Positions 1 through 14,114 are shown, numbered from the stretch's first letter. The stretch is DNA of 64,000 nt from Felis catus (GCF_018350175.1 NC_058368.1:55740001-55804000), one strand, 5' to 3'. The notes: generated by a model not told the origin, from the letters alone. Translations and numbers: made by a program.

Positions 1-1247
1 TGGGAAGCATTAAGCATAGTCTATAATGATCTAGAGACCTTGAGTTTTTATATCCAGGATGGAAGGAAATTCTGTCCCCTGAGCTGGGTGACCTTGAGTT
101 GAGCAACTTAGTTATAAGCATGTTCCAACTTTTTTAGTTGAGCGATACTAGTTTTCCCATTATAGCTAAAAATGGGTGGCATATAGAAATAAATTAACTT
201 ACCCAGGATCATGGAAGTTTTCCAGCCTCAGACCCCAGTTGAGTGGAAACATAAAGCTTTGGGAAAGCTGAGAAAGAAATTAGAGCAAAGAAAAAAAGTA
301 GGTTATCACTAATTGCATAAAGTTTAATACAGGTGTGTTGGGTTATAAAAGAACAAATTCGAGAAAAATGTCGAACTCACAGAGACTTAAATAAGTGGGT
401 TAACAATCACATTTTATGTTGCTATATTTTTATAATATGCACTTCAGAGAATAGCTTAATTCAAATTGATATTAAGCTATATAATGAAGGAATGTAAAAA
501 GCAAAACTAAATAAAAATACTCCATCTAGACAATGTAATTAGTGAAAATGTATTCATACACAAAAAATATTCCATGAAAAAACAAAAAAATTGCCTAGCA
601 TTATGTTAAAATGTCAAAAAGCATATATCTTAAAAAATACATGAAAATACAAATTCATATAATATAATCATCTTCAGCCATAATCACATTTAAAAATATT
701 TAACCCATGTGGATATGTATTATAAAATATAATATGAAACTAAAGTTTCCTTAGAGTATGGTTTTATAATATCAATGTTTAGATTAATGGATATTTAATA
801 GAAAGCTTAAAACAAAAAAAAAACATATGGGCATTTAAAGCCTTTTATTTTAGGTATGCTATATTTTAGTGCAAAATTAAACAGAACTTTCAAAATATTA
901 TTGCAACATGAGTTTAAAAAGTACTTGCACTACTGAGTGACTGTATCTTTTTCTGATTTCTTTTCCCTAATGAGTCCAAATCTGTGTAGTGGGAGGAAGA
1001 ATTAGTCTAAGAAATGTTTGCTGATCCAGTGATCCAGTAGGGCTTCCTGGTAACTTAGTGTCTGCGTGGGTGCCTGAACTAAAAACGTCTTTCCTCAGAG
1101 ACTTATTACCTCTTCTAGTCAGGGTAGAATCTAGTATGAAGTTGAGGTTCAGATAACTTTGTGGTGGAGAGAGTAGGGAAATGTGAAGAAGTTTGGATGC
1201 TTGAATTGGCACAATATTCTCTCACCCTCTCTGAAATATACTTTGGT

Positions 1248-1430
1248 ATATTTCATATTATGAAATATTCATATTTCACATTATGAAATATTCATATTTC
1301 ACATTATGAAATATTCATATTTCATATTATGAAGTGTTCATATTTCATATTCATTCATATTATTTGTATTCATACTCTTCATTTCATATTCATTCATATT
1401 ATTTCATATGGTATATTCATATTATATGAA
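1248..1430. repeat. AT-rich 23-bp tandem repeat (tatttca(c/t)attatgaaatattca), 4 full units plus a degenerate tail; units internally palindromic
   Basis: Units start at 1249, 1272, 1295, 1318 and (partial) 1341; atatttcata-t-tatgaaatat is self-complementary. Confidence 0.9.
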
Positions 1431-3419
1431 TTATCCGTTTGTATTACTGGGTGCTAATTGCTTACAGTTAATGATCTTAACTACTTTCAGGGATTTTGTG
1501 ATTGTGGTCATTTGCTCTCAGTTTCAAGGCTCCTGAGTGCTAAAGCCACTTTTTTTTTTTTTTCCGATGCAACCCTCTTCTGGTCCAAAATGACCTAAGA
1601 TATGCAAAGGGGTGTGTATGCTCAAACAGTCACCCAGGCTTGCAGGAAATTTTTAGTGATCTGATCAGCATTGGCAGACAGGAGTTTCCCCATCCAGTTC
1701 TGTTCTGCTCTAGCCACTTCTGCCTGTGCCGCTGTATCAGTGCCCTGCACATGCTGGGTGTGGTTGAATGCACAGACACTCCTGGAGGCACACCTGCTCT
1801 CATTAATCAATCAAGGATGCCCTGATATTATATATATAATAGCAACACATTTTTAAGAAATGGACTTAATTTTTCCAAAATTGCCTCTTTGGAGATGATC
1901 ATGTTTTTTAACATAATTGTGAATAAAATACTGGATATTTTAAATTTTTGATGTTTTTATTTTTCCCATTCAAAGACACAACCAGAAGATCAGCAAAAGT
2001 CCATAGTAACTTTGATAATGAGGACAAGGAGGAAGGCTTTGCAAATTGGTGAGAACTACTGGGATAAAATATGCTTCTCTGCAAGTAAAGAAGGAAATCA
2101 ACTAGAATAGATAGGCTGTTGGTCTGAGCAACACTGGGATTGCTGACATTGCATAAAGAGAATGGAAAGAGGAGTGATAAAGTCATTCTTGTGTACCTGG
2201 AGCCAAACTACTTACCAATGGTTTAATATTTTAGTGAATTGCAATCTAATGTTGGTTTAAGACAATGTCCTGATTCCCTGACTCCCTGAAAAGAGCTTCT
2301 GACACAAATTAGGGGACATGGATACACGGAGAGAATGAAGCATTACTGAAAAAACTAATTCCCAGAACACATACAAAGATTGCTTCTTTTTCAGTGATGG
2401 TAATAGTCATACAAACATGAAGAAAACGAAAACTCAGAAATGGCTGTAATTAAAAGCCTGGGAGAGGTAGAAAGGGCAGTCATGAGAAATGTTGCTGGAA
2501 AAGGGATTAAGAGAAGGATTAAAATACAAACTACAGGTATATATGAGAAATTTTAAAATAATAATATCCATAAAAACTGTAGATATAAAGCATATATCTG
2601 TGAAGAGAAAAGTAAAACTAAATGAATACAAATGGTGACATCAACCAGCATACCTAATTCCTTACATTCATGTTAGGTGAAACATGGAAAGTGGAAGCAG
2701 GAGAAAACATTTCAATACTGAAATAAGTTAAAGTTCTCTTAAACCAATCCATAGTTATTTTAAAATTGTTAATACTGCATTTTTTTGCACATAAAATGTG
2801 GACAGGGCATTGAGAAGTGTCTCAAAGATGAATAAGATAGGGGCACTTGATTTGAAGGAATTTATAATTTAGTGAGATATACAAATAAATACTATATGTC
2901 TATCATTTACCACAACCCCCCTCCCCCCAAAAGGAAGATATAAACAAAGGTGCCTGAAAACATCTAAAAGGGAAAGTTTATTTTGACTCACATGTCAGCA
3001 TCTACCCAACAAAGCTTGCAACAAATCTGATATAGAGTCGTACGTCTCTGAGTGCTTGTCTTAAAAGTAAAGTAAAACATCCTAAATGGAATTCTACTTA
3101 AAAATCCTATTTTGTTGAACTTAAATCAGTGTTTTAAATTTATATTCATTGTGTTTTAATCTCTTAGCCAAAAAATATAAATCTAATGGCATGCAAGGTA
3201 CTCTCTTCTCAAAATCAAACATTTCCAACTATTTTATCATATACCACATATTTTCTTTATAACTCCTGGATTATAATAATCCTTAAATTTGTTAATATAC
3301 CTACCTATTTCTTACTTCCTTCCATTATTCCCTTCCTCCCCTTTCTCTCTACCTTCTTCCCTCCCTTCTTTCTCCCTTTGCCTTCTCTTCCCTCTTTTTT
3401 TTTCCTCCATCCATTCCAT

Positions 3420-3720
3420 TTTTTTTAAAATTAATTGACTTTATATTTAAAGCAGTTTTAGGTTTACAGGAAAATGAGCAGAAAATACCGAGTTTTTGTA
3501 TTCCCCCTCAATCCCCTAGCCCCCTCTCATTTCTCCTATTTTTAACTTCTTTTATTTGTGTAGTAAATTGGTTACATTTGATAAGTCAATCATTGACACA
3601 TTATTATATACTATGACACATAGTTTGCATTACTGTTCACTGTTTGTGTTATACATCCTAGGGATTTTGACAAATATAATGTCATGTATGTACCATTTTT
3701 CTGTGCCCTTTTCAAAAATT
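3420..3720 (-). mobile_element. Old L1 (L1MC-like) 3' end fragment
   Basis: T-rich tail then agcagttttaggtttacag...aaatgagcagaaa, resembling the antisense L1MC 3' UTR. Confidence 0.65.
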
Positions 3721-3817
3721 CTTCCTCTCTCCTTTAATTCCTTCAACTAATTACCTGTTGACTGAGAACTAGGACTTTAAGAAAATGTACTCATTTAGTG
3801 TCAGTAAATGTGGGTAA

Positions 3818-4015
3818 GGCAGTGCCTAGGTGGGTCAGTCAGTTTAGCATACTACTCTTGATTTCAGATCAGGTCATGATCTGGGTTTGTGAGCTGGAGC
3901 CCCACATTCTGCTCTAAGCTGTCAGTGCAGGATTCTCCCTCTCTTTTTCTCTCTCTGCCCCTCCCTCACTCACACTTTCTCTCTCTCTCTCTTTCAAAAT
4001 AAATAAACCTTCAAA
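3818..4015 (+). mobile_element. CAN-SINE (older subfamily)
   Basis: tRNA-like head, caggtcatgatc core, CT tract, caaaataaataaa tail. Confidence 0.9.
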
Positions 4016-4815
4016 AAGTGGCAAGATAAAGTCTGCACCAAATTGACACAGATGTTTATGTAACAGATAAACAGAGAGACAGTTCCATATTGCAAAGTAA
4101 AAGCATTTACCATAGGAACACAATAAAGACAGGCAACTTACTGTTTTTGTACAGCTCAAAAGTTAATGTTTCAGATTTGAAAGATTAAGGCATATGCTAG
4201 AAAGTACAAATATTATTTATTGATTGTTCACTGGCGGGGATGTTTGCTCCTCAAAGGAGAGGTGGGAGCTGTGCCTGGAGAGATATGCAATAGGATGGTA
4301 ATTAAAGGTATTAAATGCAATGTACAAAGTTAGAAAACTGGCCAAAGTTGACATTGCTTAAGGCAATTGGCTGGTGATTTGAGAAAGAAAAATACATGTT
4401 AGGTGGTTACAAATGTCAAAATAGAAAAAGAATTTGTGTGGGGTTTTGCCATATCTTAAAAAGGAAAATCTCAAAAGCATGACAACACACACACATTTTT
4501 GAAAGTTTAATAAATTTGGAGAATGTGTTTGTAGGATTCAGTTGAAGTGCCTGATTTTCTACATAAAACTTGAGAATTCTGACACATCTAGTGTGAATGT
4601 CACATTTCTAATAACATAGCAGTATCATGTTCTGCGTTAATAAGAATCTTATAAACAATTAGCATTATATAGACACTTTTTATTAAAAGTTATAAGATAA
4701 TATGTTTAACAACCCTTTCAAGTAAACCTGTATCTTGTAGTACATGGCAGTTTCGGGAAATTTTTATTCACTTGCCTCATTTTCACGTGAAAAGGTTTTG
4801 TTCCACCAGCGCTTG

Positions 4816-4880
4816 TGTTTTTTGTTTTGTTTTGTTTTGTTTTTGTTTTTTGTTTTGTTTTTGTTTTTGTTTGCTTGTTT
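4816..4880. repeat. (TTTTG)n-like simple repeat
   Basis: Directly visible. Confidence 0.85.
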
Positions 4881-5156
4881 GCACTTTATAAACCACTTCC
4901 TGACCTAATTGGGGTGTGGCATATATTGTTTCATGTTTGCCTGGGTGGACCCAGTCTAATAAATAGTTACAAACAATGGAGCTATTTTTCTTTCTTGTTT
5001 TTCCTTTATTCCACACTACTTGTAGCAAAACTGCAAAAATATATTGAGTCTTCTACACTAATACTTTCCTAAGAAGTGCTGTTTCAAGCTTCAGGATGGA
5101 TAGAGGTGTGTATATTCAGGTGTTCAGATTTGGAACCACTTTCTCCAAATAGCCTA

Positions 5157-5644
5157 TGAAAAGTGGTAGAATATTCTACCCCAAAATGTGCCAGTTTGGC
5201 ATAAGGATTCTTTTGAGAAATAGGCACTTGAGAATCAGTAGATGCAAGGTCATTCTAATTTCCTTTACTTTCTGAAAACAGGAGATAAAAACTCCATGTG
5301 AAAGATACTCTCCCTGTACCAAGAGAAAAGAAACATTCTTTGACAGGGAAGCAGAGACCAGAGAAAATTCTGTACAAATAGACCTGGGTAAAATAATTAT
5401 TTTCTTCTTTAGACTTTCCACATAGTTCAGTTACTTTTCAAAACTGCCTGTCTCTGTTCAACCTAGTATAAAAGGATTTAGATTTTGCCACTTCTTTGGG
5501 TCTCCCTTTCCTTATGAGGAGTCTTGTGTCGCATAAAACTTAAATTTGTATGTTGTTTTCCTGTTAATCTTTCTTATGTCAATTTAATTCTCAGGCCCAA
5601 CCAAAAATTAAAAAGGATAGAGGGAAAATCTTGCCCCCTCTACA
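5157..5644 (+). mobile_element. MER34-like ERV1 solo LTR
   Basis: TG...CA termini; ccccaaaatgtgccagtttggcataaggatt head; tataaaa and ttttcctgttaatct motifs typical of the MER34 group. Confidence 0.75.
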
Positions 5645-8299
5645 TTTATCAGTACAAACCAGGGATTCTCATTTCTATTTACATGACCCACCTTCCCTCC
5701 CTCTGTGACTATGGAGGAAAATAAAGGCTTGTTAGTCATTGTATCTCTCTGATACAATATTTTTGGTGTGCTAATATAAATTAATATCTTGGGAATTTTT
5801 GGAAAGAATACCCTATGTTAGAATTTTTAATGTATTCTTTAATCTCCATAGTTTCATTCATTTAACTCTTGACCTTGAAGTTATTTAAAATGGAATATAT
5901 GAACATATATTTATATAGACATAATTCAACTAGTTATATTCACTTTTCTCCTCGAAACTAGCATAAATGAAATTAAATAGGGTGACAAGAAATTTTACCA
6001 AAATAAACTAAATTCATATGTAGGGTGTGGCTTTCTGAAATATTTTATTATAGTGACACAGATATATAACTTCAGATCCAGACAGATCCTTGGTAAACAT
6101 TCAGAAATTATTTAGATGTAATTTTGATACCAGTAGGAATTGTCGCCTATAATAATAGAAAATGAAAAAGAAGGGGGGGGGGAGGTGAGGGGTGGGAGAC
6201 ATTATTTTAATCAAATCATAAAATAGAAACAGGTTGCTGCAGAATTGTGTAAGGGTATAAAATCCAATGTAATTGTACCAAACTGTTACTAGGGCCAAAT
6301 AGGAAACTTTAAATTCTAACACTAGAAAATATAAAATTTGTCCAGATAGTAGAGGTTGGTAAATATTATTTTAGTATGTGTGTATGTGAAGGGAGAGATT
6401 TAGACATGTTTATCTCCCTAGCTCAAACACAAGACTAAGACATGATATGAACTTGAACACACAGACATGAACAGTAAGACCATAGTCGTGGTTCCAGTTT
6501 AACTAACACAATGAAACATGGGATACTCTGCATGTGTAAATATGTATGACAGTTATCACCCTGAATAAAAATTATCTGGCAAATAAATAACCTTAGTAAC
6601 CTGAGCTGTTAACCTCATTTCATTTTTGTTAATTCTAATTTACTTGGAATATTGTAATTATATCATTAAGGTTAAGAGTTTTTTAACCCTGAAAAGGTTT
6701 AGAATATAATATAGAGATGATGTAAATCATATACACATTAATGATATCTTTTTGTTTAGGGATAATATCTGCATTTGGAATAAAAATGTAATGATTAAGA
6801 TAATTAACTGTTGTAGAGACTCTGAAAATGCAGTTTGGTAGTTCTATTTAAAATGTGTAACTGAATGGTAGGTTTTACACTTCATATTTTAATTTAAAAG
6901 GTCTTTGAAGATGTTACTAACTGCAAGCGACATTGGAATATTGAAGACAACTTGAATCTATTTATAAATTTACTATATTGAATTTATTATTATAGATTGA
7001 ATAATTAGGATTAAATACCAGTAACTGATATTTTCAGAGAATTTTATGTTGATTAAAGTAAATAAAAAATCCCAGGTGTCTGTTTCTTCAGAGGAAATTG
7101 TAGTACTCTATTTTCCCCTTTGAAGAGTATCTTGTGATTTTTTTCATTTTTTTTTCTGAAATTATATTCCATTAGGCTAAGATATTTGATTTGTCTCCTT
7201 AGAGAAGTTACGTTTTATATCATGTATAAAATAAGACTCTTAAATCAGGTGATTTTTAAATGCCCCTGCACTAAGCATCAGAAACAAAAACGTGAAGACT
7301 ATAATCAAAGAATTCAATCTGTTAGGGGATGTTTTTAAAAAAAGGTAAAATCATACTCTCACACATGGCTAAGGAGAGATTGCTTCCTGCAGAGAGACAA
7401 GAACTGAATGAGAAGCTGTGCATTGCTGAGGGTTCTCAGAGTCCCCACACAACCAGAGAGGAGAAACCCCACTGAGCATCTTGGTCATTCAGTGGAGACC
7501 AAAAAAAACCCAAAAAAACAAAAAACAAAAAAAAAAGCCACTCTTACCTCATCTTCTTAGAGTTTGAAATAATAGCTTCCTAGTATCTGATATACATTTT
7601 AAAGACGAACTCAGACTGCTCTTTTATTAGTGTGAATATATGTTTTTATATATGTACATTTTATGTTCTATTCTTGAAAAAATATGGATTTAAACAGAAG
7701 ATTTATTGTCATGATTCTAAACACTTACCTTGATTTTTAAAATATAGCTTAAAATTCCATGAGCTAAAATATTTTTATAAGAAAACTTGTAGGAAGTTTT
7801 TGCTAGCTATTGAAATGGCTTTAGGCATTCGTCTGAGAAGCTGAAGAAAACAGTCTTCAAGTTAAACATACACATACACACAGGCACAATCAATAGCATT
7901 CACATTTCAAGTTTTAATGACCTTCGTGGAAGTCCATGTATTTCAAGTTCCAAATGCCCAGCCTAGGCATTCCTTGGATAGAGTTCTCATTAATTGAAAT
8001 ATTTTTTTCCCCTGAAGAGTGACTTATACATATCTACTAAAGAGCAGAGTTGAAGGCTAGAGATTAAAGGTCTATCTTCAATGCCTCCAAATTTTTCATC
8101 TCAAAATTCATGCTACTTTACTGTGTTTCAATTGATTTTTTCATTACTATGGATTATGTTTAATGTTCTAATTCTTAATATTTAAAAGTAATAGTGTTTT
8201 TTAAAAATAACTCATTTTAAAAGTAATTTCCTTCAATAGTTAAATATACATCGTATAATGATCTAATTATACGTTTCATATATTTGAAATATATGTTAA

Positions 8300-8955
8300 A
8301 TTCAGTTGTCTGAAATCTGTGAGGAATCAGGAGATGTTTGCCTCCAGTTGGTCTTTTACAAAGGGTAATAGGCTGCTTCTCGGCTGTATCTGACTAAGGC
8401 AACAGATTTGAGAGGAAAATGTTTTCAAACTAAAATGCTGCTCTGCCTTCCTATCCCTCAACTCAAGGGTTTCTTTGACTTACTCTTCCAGTCTATCGCT
8501 AATACTCTCTCCCATTAGCTACTGCTGAATATCCTCCTGTAGACTCTACAAGTCTTAGATCAGGTGCATGGGCAACATCGGCTCTGTAGCAAAGGATACT
8601 AGTGGTTCTCGCATTTCTCCTGTGTTGTTGAGAGACATGTGCGGGTTCATTCTTTCAAGTATGTTCTTCCTCTTCCTTGTAAGTTCTGCCTCATCCTTTT
8701 TGCTTCTACCTTGTCTTCATTGGTTTTAGTTTGTTTTCTTCTTCCGTTTTTTCACATTCAAACCTTCCTTCAGCTGCTGTCAGCTGCTGTCTCGGCTGAC
8801 CTATAGATTCTTCACACCCAATGCTATAAACAGAAGCAACAGCCACGCAGATACTTTTCAGTCAGCCCCCACTATTTTGTAAGAGTTCATATCTGAGACA
8901 AATCTCTTACATCACTCATATTCGTTATACTTCACTGATAAGTTTTGACAGATAA
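8300..8955 (+). mobile_element. Ancient ERVL-type LTR remnant
   Basis: 3' part (cagcccccacta...aaatctcttacatcactc...tgacagata) resembles degraded LTR40/41-class ends. Confidence 0.4.
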
Positions 8956-9178
8956 ATATACTATTTATTATCTCAATAAAAACATAAGAATCTAGAACCT
9001 AAACATTCATATGATCTCCATTTGGAAAACACTAAAACATTTTTAAGTAATGGATAAAAAGAATCTTAGGTAAAGGAAACATACTGTTGAATGAGATGAA
9101 TGAGATGACCTATAAGCATTATTTTTTACAATTAATTTTCAAATTAAATTTTAATAAACATTTCATTTGGTTATATAT

Positions 9179-9226
9179 ATTTTTTATTTTTATTTTTTTA
9201 ATTTTTTTTAACATTTATTTATTTTT

Positions 9227-9263
<37 letters not shown>

Positions 9264-9424
9264 CAGGGGAGGGTCAGAGAAAGAGGGAGACACAGAATCT
9301 GAAACAGGCTCCAGGCTCTGAGCTGTCAGCACAGAGCCTGAGGCGGGGCTCGAACCCACAGACTGTAAGATCATGACCTGAGCCCAAGTCAGACGCTTAA
9401 CCGACTGAGCCACTCAGGCGCCCC
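9179..9424 (-). mobile_element. CAN-SINE (SINEC_Fc2/3-like) with 16-bp TSD
   Basis: TSD tcatttggttatatat at 9163-9178 and 9425-9440. Confidence 0.97.
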
Positions 9425-9794
9425 TCATTTGGTTATATATTAAGAAACTTGATAAACTGTTCCTAAATATGTGGAAGAAAAAATCACAAATAGCTAGGAC
9501 AGTTATAAACATAATATATATAAACAGGTAAAATTCTCTACCAAATATTAAGACACTTCAAAAAACCATAGCAATGAAAGCATGTCCTCATTTCAGGATC
9601 ACAGTCAAGGTTTGGCTGTATAAATTGTGAGTTTAAATGGAAATTATGTAGACACTATATCTCACGGGTATCACATGAGGCTTGCCTAATTTGTGTCTTC
9701 ACAGAAATGTAGTGAGATATGTAGTAGTGATTAAGCCAATGTAATGTTGCTAATCAGTTCTAAAATCAGTATTTTTGGTTTAATTCATTTTTTA

Positions 9795-10261
9795 CATTTA
9801 GTAGTTTTCCATGCTGCTGTATGAAACTACCAAAAATTTAGTAGCTTAAAAAACCATAAGTTTATTGGTTTACATTTCTGTAGAAATCTGGCATGGGTCT
9901 CAGAAGTGTTGGCAGACCTAGGTTCCTTTTTGGAGGGTCTAAGTGCAGGGTCTTTCCAGATTCTAGAGGCTACCTACACTCTTTCTTACATTGTCAAAGG
10001 CAGTAACAATGTCTCTCTGTGACCATTCTTCAATAGTCACATCTGTTTATGACTCTGAACTCAGCCAGAGAATGGCCTCCAATTATAATGACCCATGTGA
10101 CTAGATTTAACTCTTTGAATAATCCAAAATAATTTCCCCACCTCTGTGTTCATAACTTAATACCATCTAGAGAGACATTTTTGCTATGTGAGGCAACATT
10201 TTTTCTGGTTCCAGAGGTTAGGTTGTGGACATTTTAGGGGAGATTTTATCTACCTTTAACA
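9795..10261 (-). mobile_element. MLT1 (MaLR) solo LTR
   Basis: gctgctgta..aactaccaaaaatttagtagcttaaaa start; ttccagattctagaggc and ggttccagaggttagg motifs. Confidence 0.75.
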
Positions 10262-11991
10262 TATGGTGTCAGTTAAGGTGATAAAATGAGTACCTAATAT
10301 GAATAGGAACAGTGGTCTCAGAAAGTTCTTCACTACAACGCAAGAAGCCTCAGCGTTTTTAGATCTGTGGATTTTCTCCTTAGTGCAGGGGTGTGAAGTC
10401 TCTTGACTCTCCCAAAGTGTGAATGTCGTCTTTCACGAGCACCTCTGACCTTGCTTTGACCAAAACTCTTGCGAGATGCCATCTACAGTTTTACCGTAGG
10501 ATTCCTGGATCTGATCATAGTAATATTTTCAGAAAGTTTGGAGCCTAATTGAGACTGATAATGAACAATTTAAGTCATAGTTTTATTCCAATTTATGTGA
10601 TTTTGTTTTCATTAGAAGCACCTTACTTCTTGCATATGGATAAGACAGATGGTTGCCTTTAAATAGTGTTGATATAAACTTAGATGATAAAAGTGTAATA
10701 TTTTGTCAGAGAATCAAGCATATCCAGAGTATATCAATGACATGAGCTCTTAAAAAAAATCAAATACATGAAATTGATGATGGGCTGGGGGTGAGTGTGT
10801 TAGAGGATGGAAAACCTGATGAAGCAAACAAACATTTGGAGAGAACATACTTGAATAAGCATACTGCAAGTTAAGAGGTAGAATTAGAAGATAGCTTGTT
10901 TTTGAGTTTGTGATTTAGATGATTGTTTGAGAGATGAAAAATTTAACCTCACAACTGGAAATGGGTTGTTGAGGAGAATGGAAGAGAAAAATTGTGATGG
11001 AAGGTCTATTTTCATGTATGCTTAAATAAGGTATGTTAATGAGAGGAGTTTTAATATAGAAGGATGTGATACAGAGCTTGAGCTATCAAAGGAGGATATA
11101 GGTTTAGCAGAAAGTAAATCAGTAATCCTTATATAAAGGTCATGGGAACATCATAGAAACATAACATGTTACTCAGTGGAACCAGAATTTTTAACACAGG
11201 ATGGAAAAGCAATATTTTGAAAATAATGTTCGGAAGCAAGGGTGATACTAGTGCCACTTCTGTACTCTGAGTTATATGTAGCATGCAAAAAACTAATACT
11301 TTCAGGTGTTAAGGGAAATAAGAACCAAGTGATAGTTTAATAAAATCAAGGAGTAACATTCAGGGGAACACTTGTTGAACATAAATAGAATTTTCAAAGT
11401 ACCTTCTGGAAAAGTTAGTCAGTTGGAGGGAAAGGAGCTATTAAATACATCTAAATGCACAGATCATGCAATAGGCAATTTAAATTAAATACATGATAAC
11501 GAATATGGTACAGGCACCAAACAACCAGGACAGATACTGAATAAAATAGCCAGTAGAGTCATACTCATTTTTAGAAGCTGAACATTGGCGTTAGAGTTCT
11601 GTTCTAGAAATGATAGAAAACTTGCACTTAAGACAGTGTCATAAAAAAAAAATTGAAAGACAGGCATGTATATTGTAGTGGAGAAGGGAACACACAGGCT
11701 TAAGTTGATGAACCCAAGATGGTATTAACCATAATCTCATGGATATCTACAGTGATTGTTGCCATTTGTGTCAGCAGTGTGCAAACACAGTAGAATCAGA
11801 TAGTTTTTCTCTCTTTAGAAGCATCTAGCAGTAATTTTAAATGAAACCACCTAGAGAACTACTGGTAAAGCTACTCCTATGGTGATAGGAAAATTTTAAA
11901 GGCCTATTGATTGATGAGGATTCATAGCTGCTTCCCTGATTAAAATAGAAGAGAAATTATCTAAATATTGGTTATTCTTTCCAACTGTACC

Positions 11992-12160
<169 letters not shown>

Positions 12161-13330
12161 ATTGGGGGCATGAATTGAATGATCTGTTTTTTTTTTTAGC
12201 TTCGTGTTTATCTACATTGATTCTGTATTATCATGTCATCACTTTGCACCTTTGGAGTCATATATGAAAACCTTCTGGTCATTTTTACTCTTCTGTACAG
12301 AAAATGACATTCACTTAAAGGCCAAGTCCTCAGAAGAAAGCACTATTTTTGGAAAAGTGTTTCTGTACAAATCTGTGTCTCTATCATGTTTCCTACAAAA
12401 ACAGCAGGAATTTTCAACAATGATTCCTGAACTCTATATATAATTCCACTGTTTTTAGAAAGCAAATTTGAAGCAGCCGTTCTCAGAGACAGTTACCCAC
12501 TGAGAGCATAGCAAATACAGTTTTACCTATTATCTTGGATTTACTTCTATTTTCTGGTCTTTACTACTAGTGTCAGTGCCTAGTCCCTGCAATTTCTCTG
12601 AAGGCAAAGTGAGTCTAAGAAAAATGAAACCAAGAATTGATTTACCATTCAGCGCATCCCTGTATAGAGATTGCGTTTACTGGATTCATTTACAACTGAT
12701 ACATGCAGAAATTAGGTATATATCATATATGTTTGCTTAACAAAAAGGGGGAAATATGCTTGAAAAATTCTAAGGCTTAATCAATTTTACAGTTTTCCCT
12801 TCAGCTCTTTGTCCAATAGTTAGTAATTCTTAGAGACTCCTGTACTGCTGGATGACTCCAGATCAATGATTTCTAATTGGTGTAGGGCAATTGGTACTAT
12901 TCTTCAATGATTTTGTCCCTTCATATATTTCAGTGATATTTGCACATCTGCACTCTTCTGCTGATATTAGCACTTCCCTGTGTAACCATCTCCTACTTCC
13001 TCCAAGAAAATTAGTCGTTGGGCAGAAACTGCATCATTTCAGTATTTTTGCGCTGAAAGTAAATTCTGTAAAGACACAAACTCACACACACGTACGTGCA
13101 CATGCATCCTTCTCAGAGGTCTCTCTTCTTTCAGTTTTTTCACTGGTTTTTCTGGTCCAATCCATACCTATCCCATTTAAAACCGTTTTCCGTACCTTAG
13201 ATCTATTGATATTTTGCTGTTGAAGCCAATTGAGAAAGATGCTCAGGCCTTCCCCACCCCACCAAAACAAAAGAATCTTCCCATATCTCTGCACCCTATG
13301 ATAGCTTACTATGAAACAGAATGCAGCATT

Positions 13331-13537
13331 TAAAAAATTTTTTTAAGTTCATTTATTTTGAGAGAGACAGAGATAGCAGGAGTAGGGGAGGGGCAGAGAG
13401 AGAAAGAGAAAAAATGCCAAGCAGGCTCTACACCAAGCGCAGAGCCCGATGAAGGTCTCAGACCCACAAAATCGTGAGTGAGGTCATGATCTGTGCCGAA
13501 TCCGAGAGTCGGATGCCTCTGAGTACCTAGGTGCCCC
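13331..13537 (-). mobile_element. CAN-SINE
   Basis: tttattttgagagaga...aggtgcccc; degenerate TSD cagaa(t/g)gca. Confidence 0.9.
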
Positions 13538-14114
13538 AGAAGGCATTATTATTTTTAATCTGTGCTTACTTCTTAACATACTTCAATCTGAGGTCTTCCT
13601 TCATCTCTTACATAATATCTTTGCAAAGTCATTATTGATCTCTATTTTTCTCTTTAAAATTGTACCCTTAGGAAAATAATTTTCCTAAGAAATTTATTTA
13701 TTGTCATTGCTCCAACTACTACTTGTATTTCAAATGTTAGCTAATCTGAAGTACGGGCTTAGATTGACATTTTTTGCAGGCAAGTATTTTGTTTTTTTTT
13801 TTTTTGTTTTTATTTTTGTTTTTTTTTTTTTGTGCTGATCTGTATAACCTATTTTTTTCATTTGTTTAAATTAATTTATTTTTTTAATTTTTTTAAAATA
13901 TGAAATTTATTGTCAAATTGGTTTCCATACAACACCCAGTGCTCATCCCAAATGGTGCCCTCCTCAATGCCCATCACCCATTTTCCCCTCTTCCCCGACC
14001 CCCATCAACCCTCAGTTTATTTTCAATATTTAAGAGTCTCTTATGGTTTACCTCCTTCCCTCTCTGTAACTTTTTCTCCCCCTTCTCCTCCCCCATGGTC
14101 TTCTGTTAAGTTTC

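Noticed and set aside
1..245. Possible MIR fragments at the window start
   Set aside because: Too degraded to fix boundaries or strand by eye
1249..1350. CRISPR-like array
   Set aside because: No unique spacers, eukaryotic context, no cas genes
7548..7579. Sixth in-frame minus-strand micro-exon candidate (EAIISNSKKM, GAG|gtaaga)
   Set aside because: Acceptor lacks a polypyrimidine tract, so it was left out of the chain
13848..13860. cctatttttttca vs 20779-20791 as the L1 TSD
   Set aside because: Low-complexity match; the 17-bp tgcaggcaag(t/c)attttg pair is far more specific
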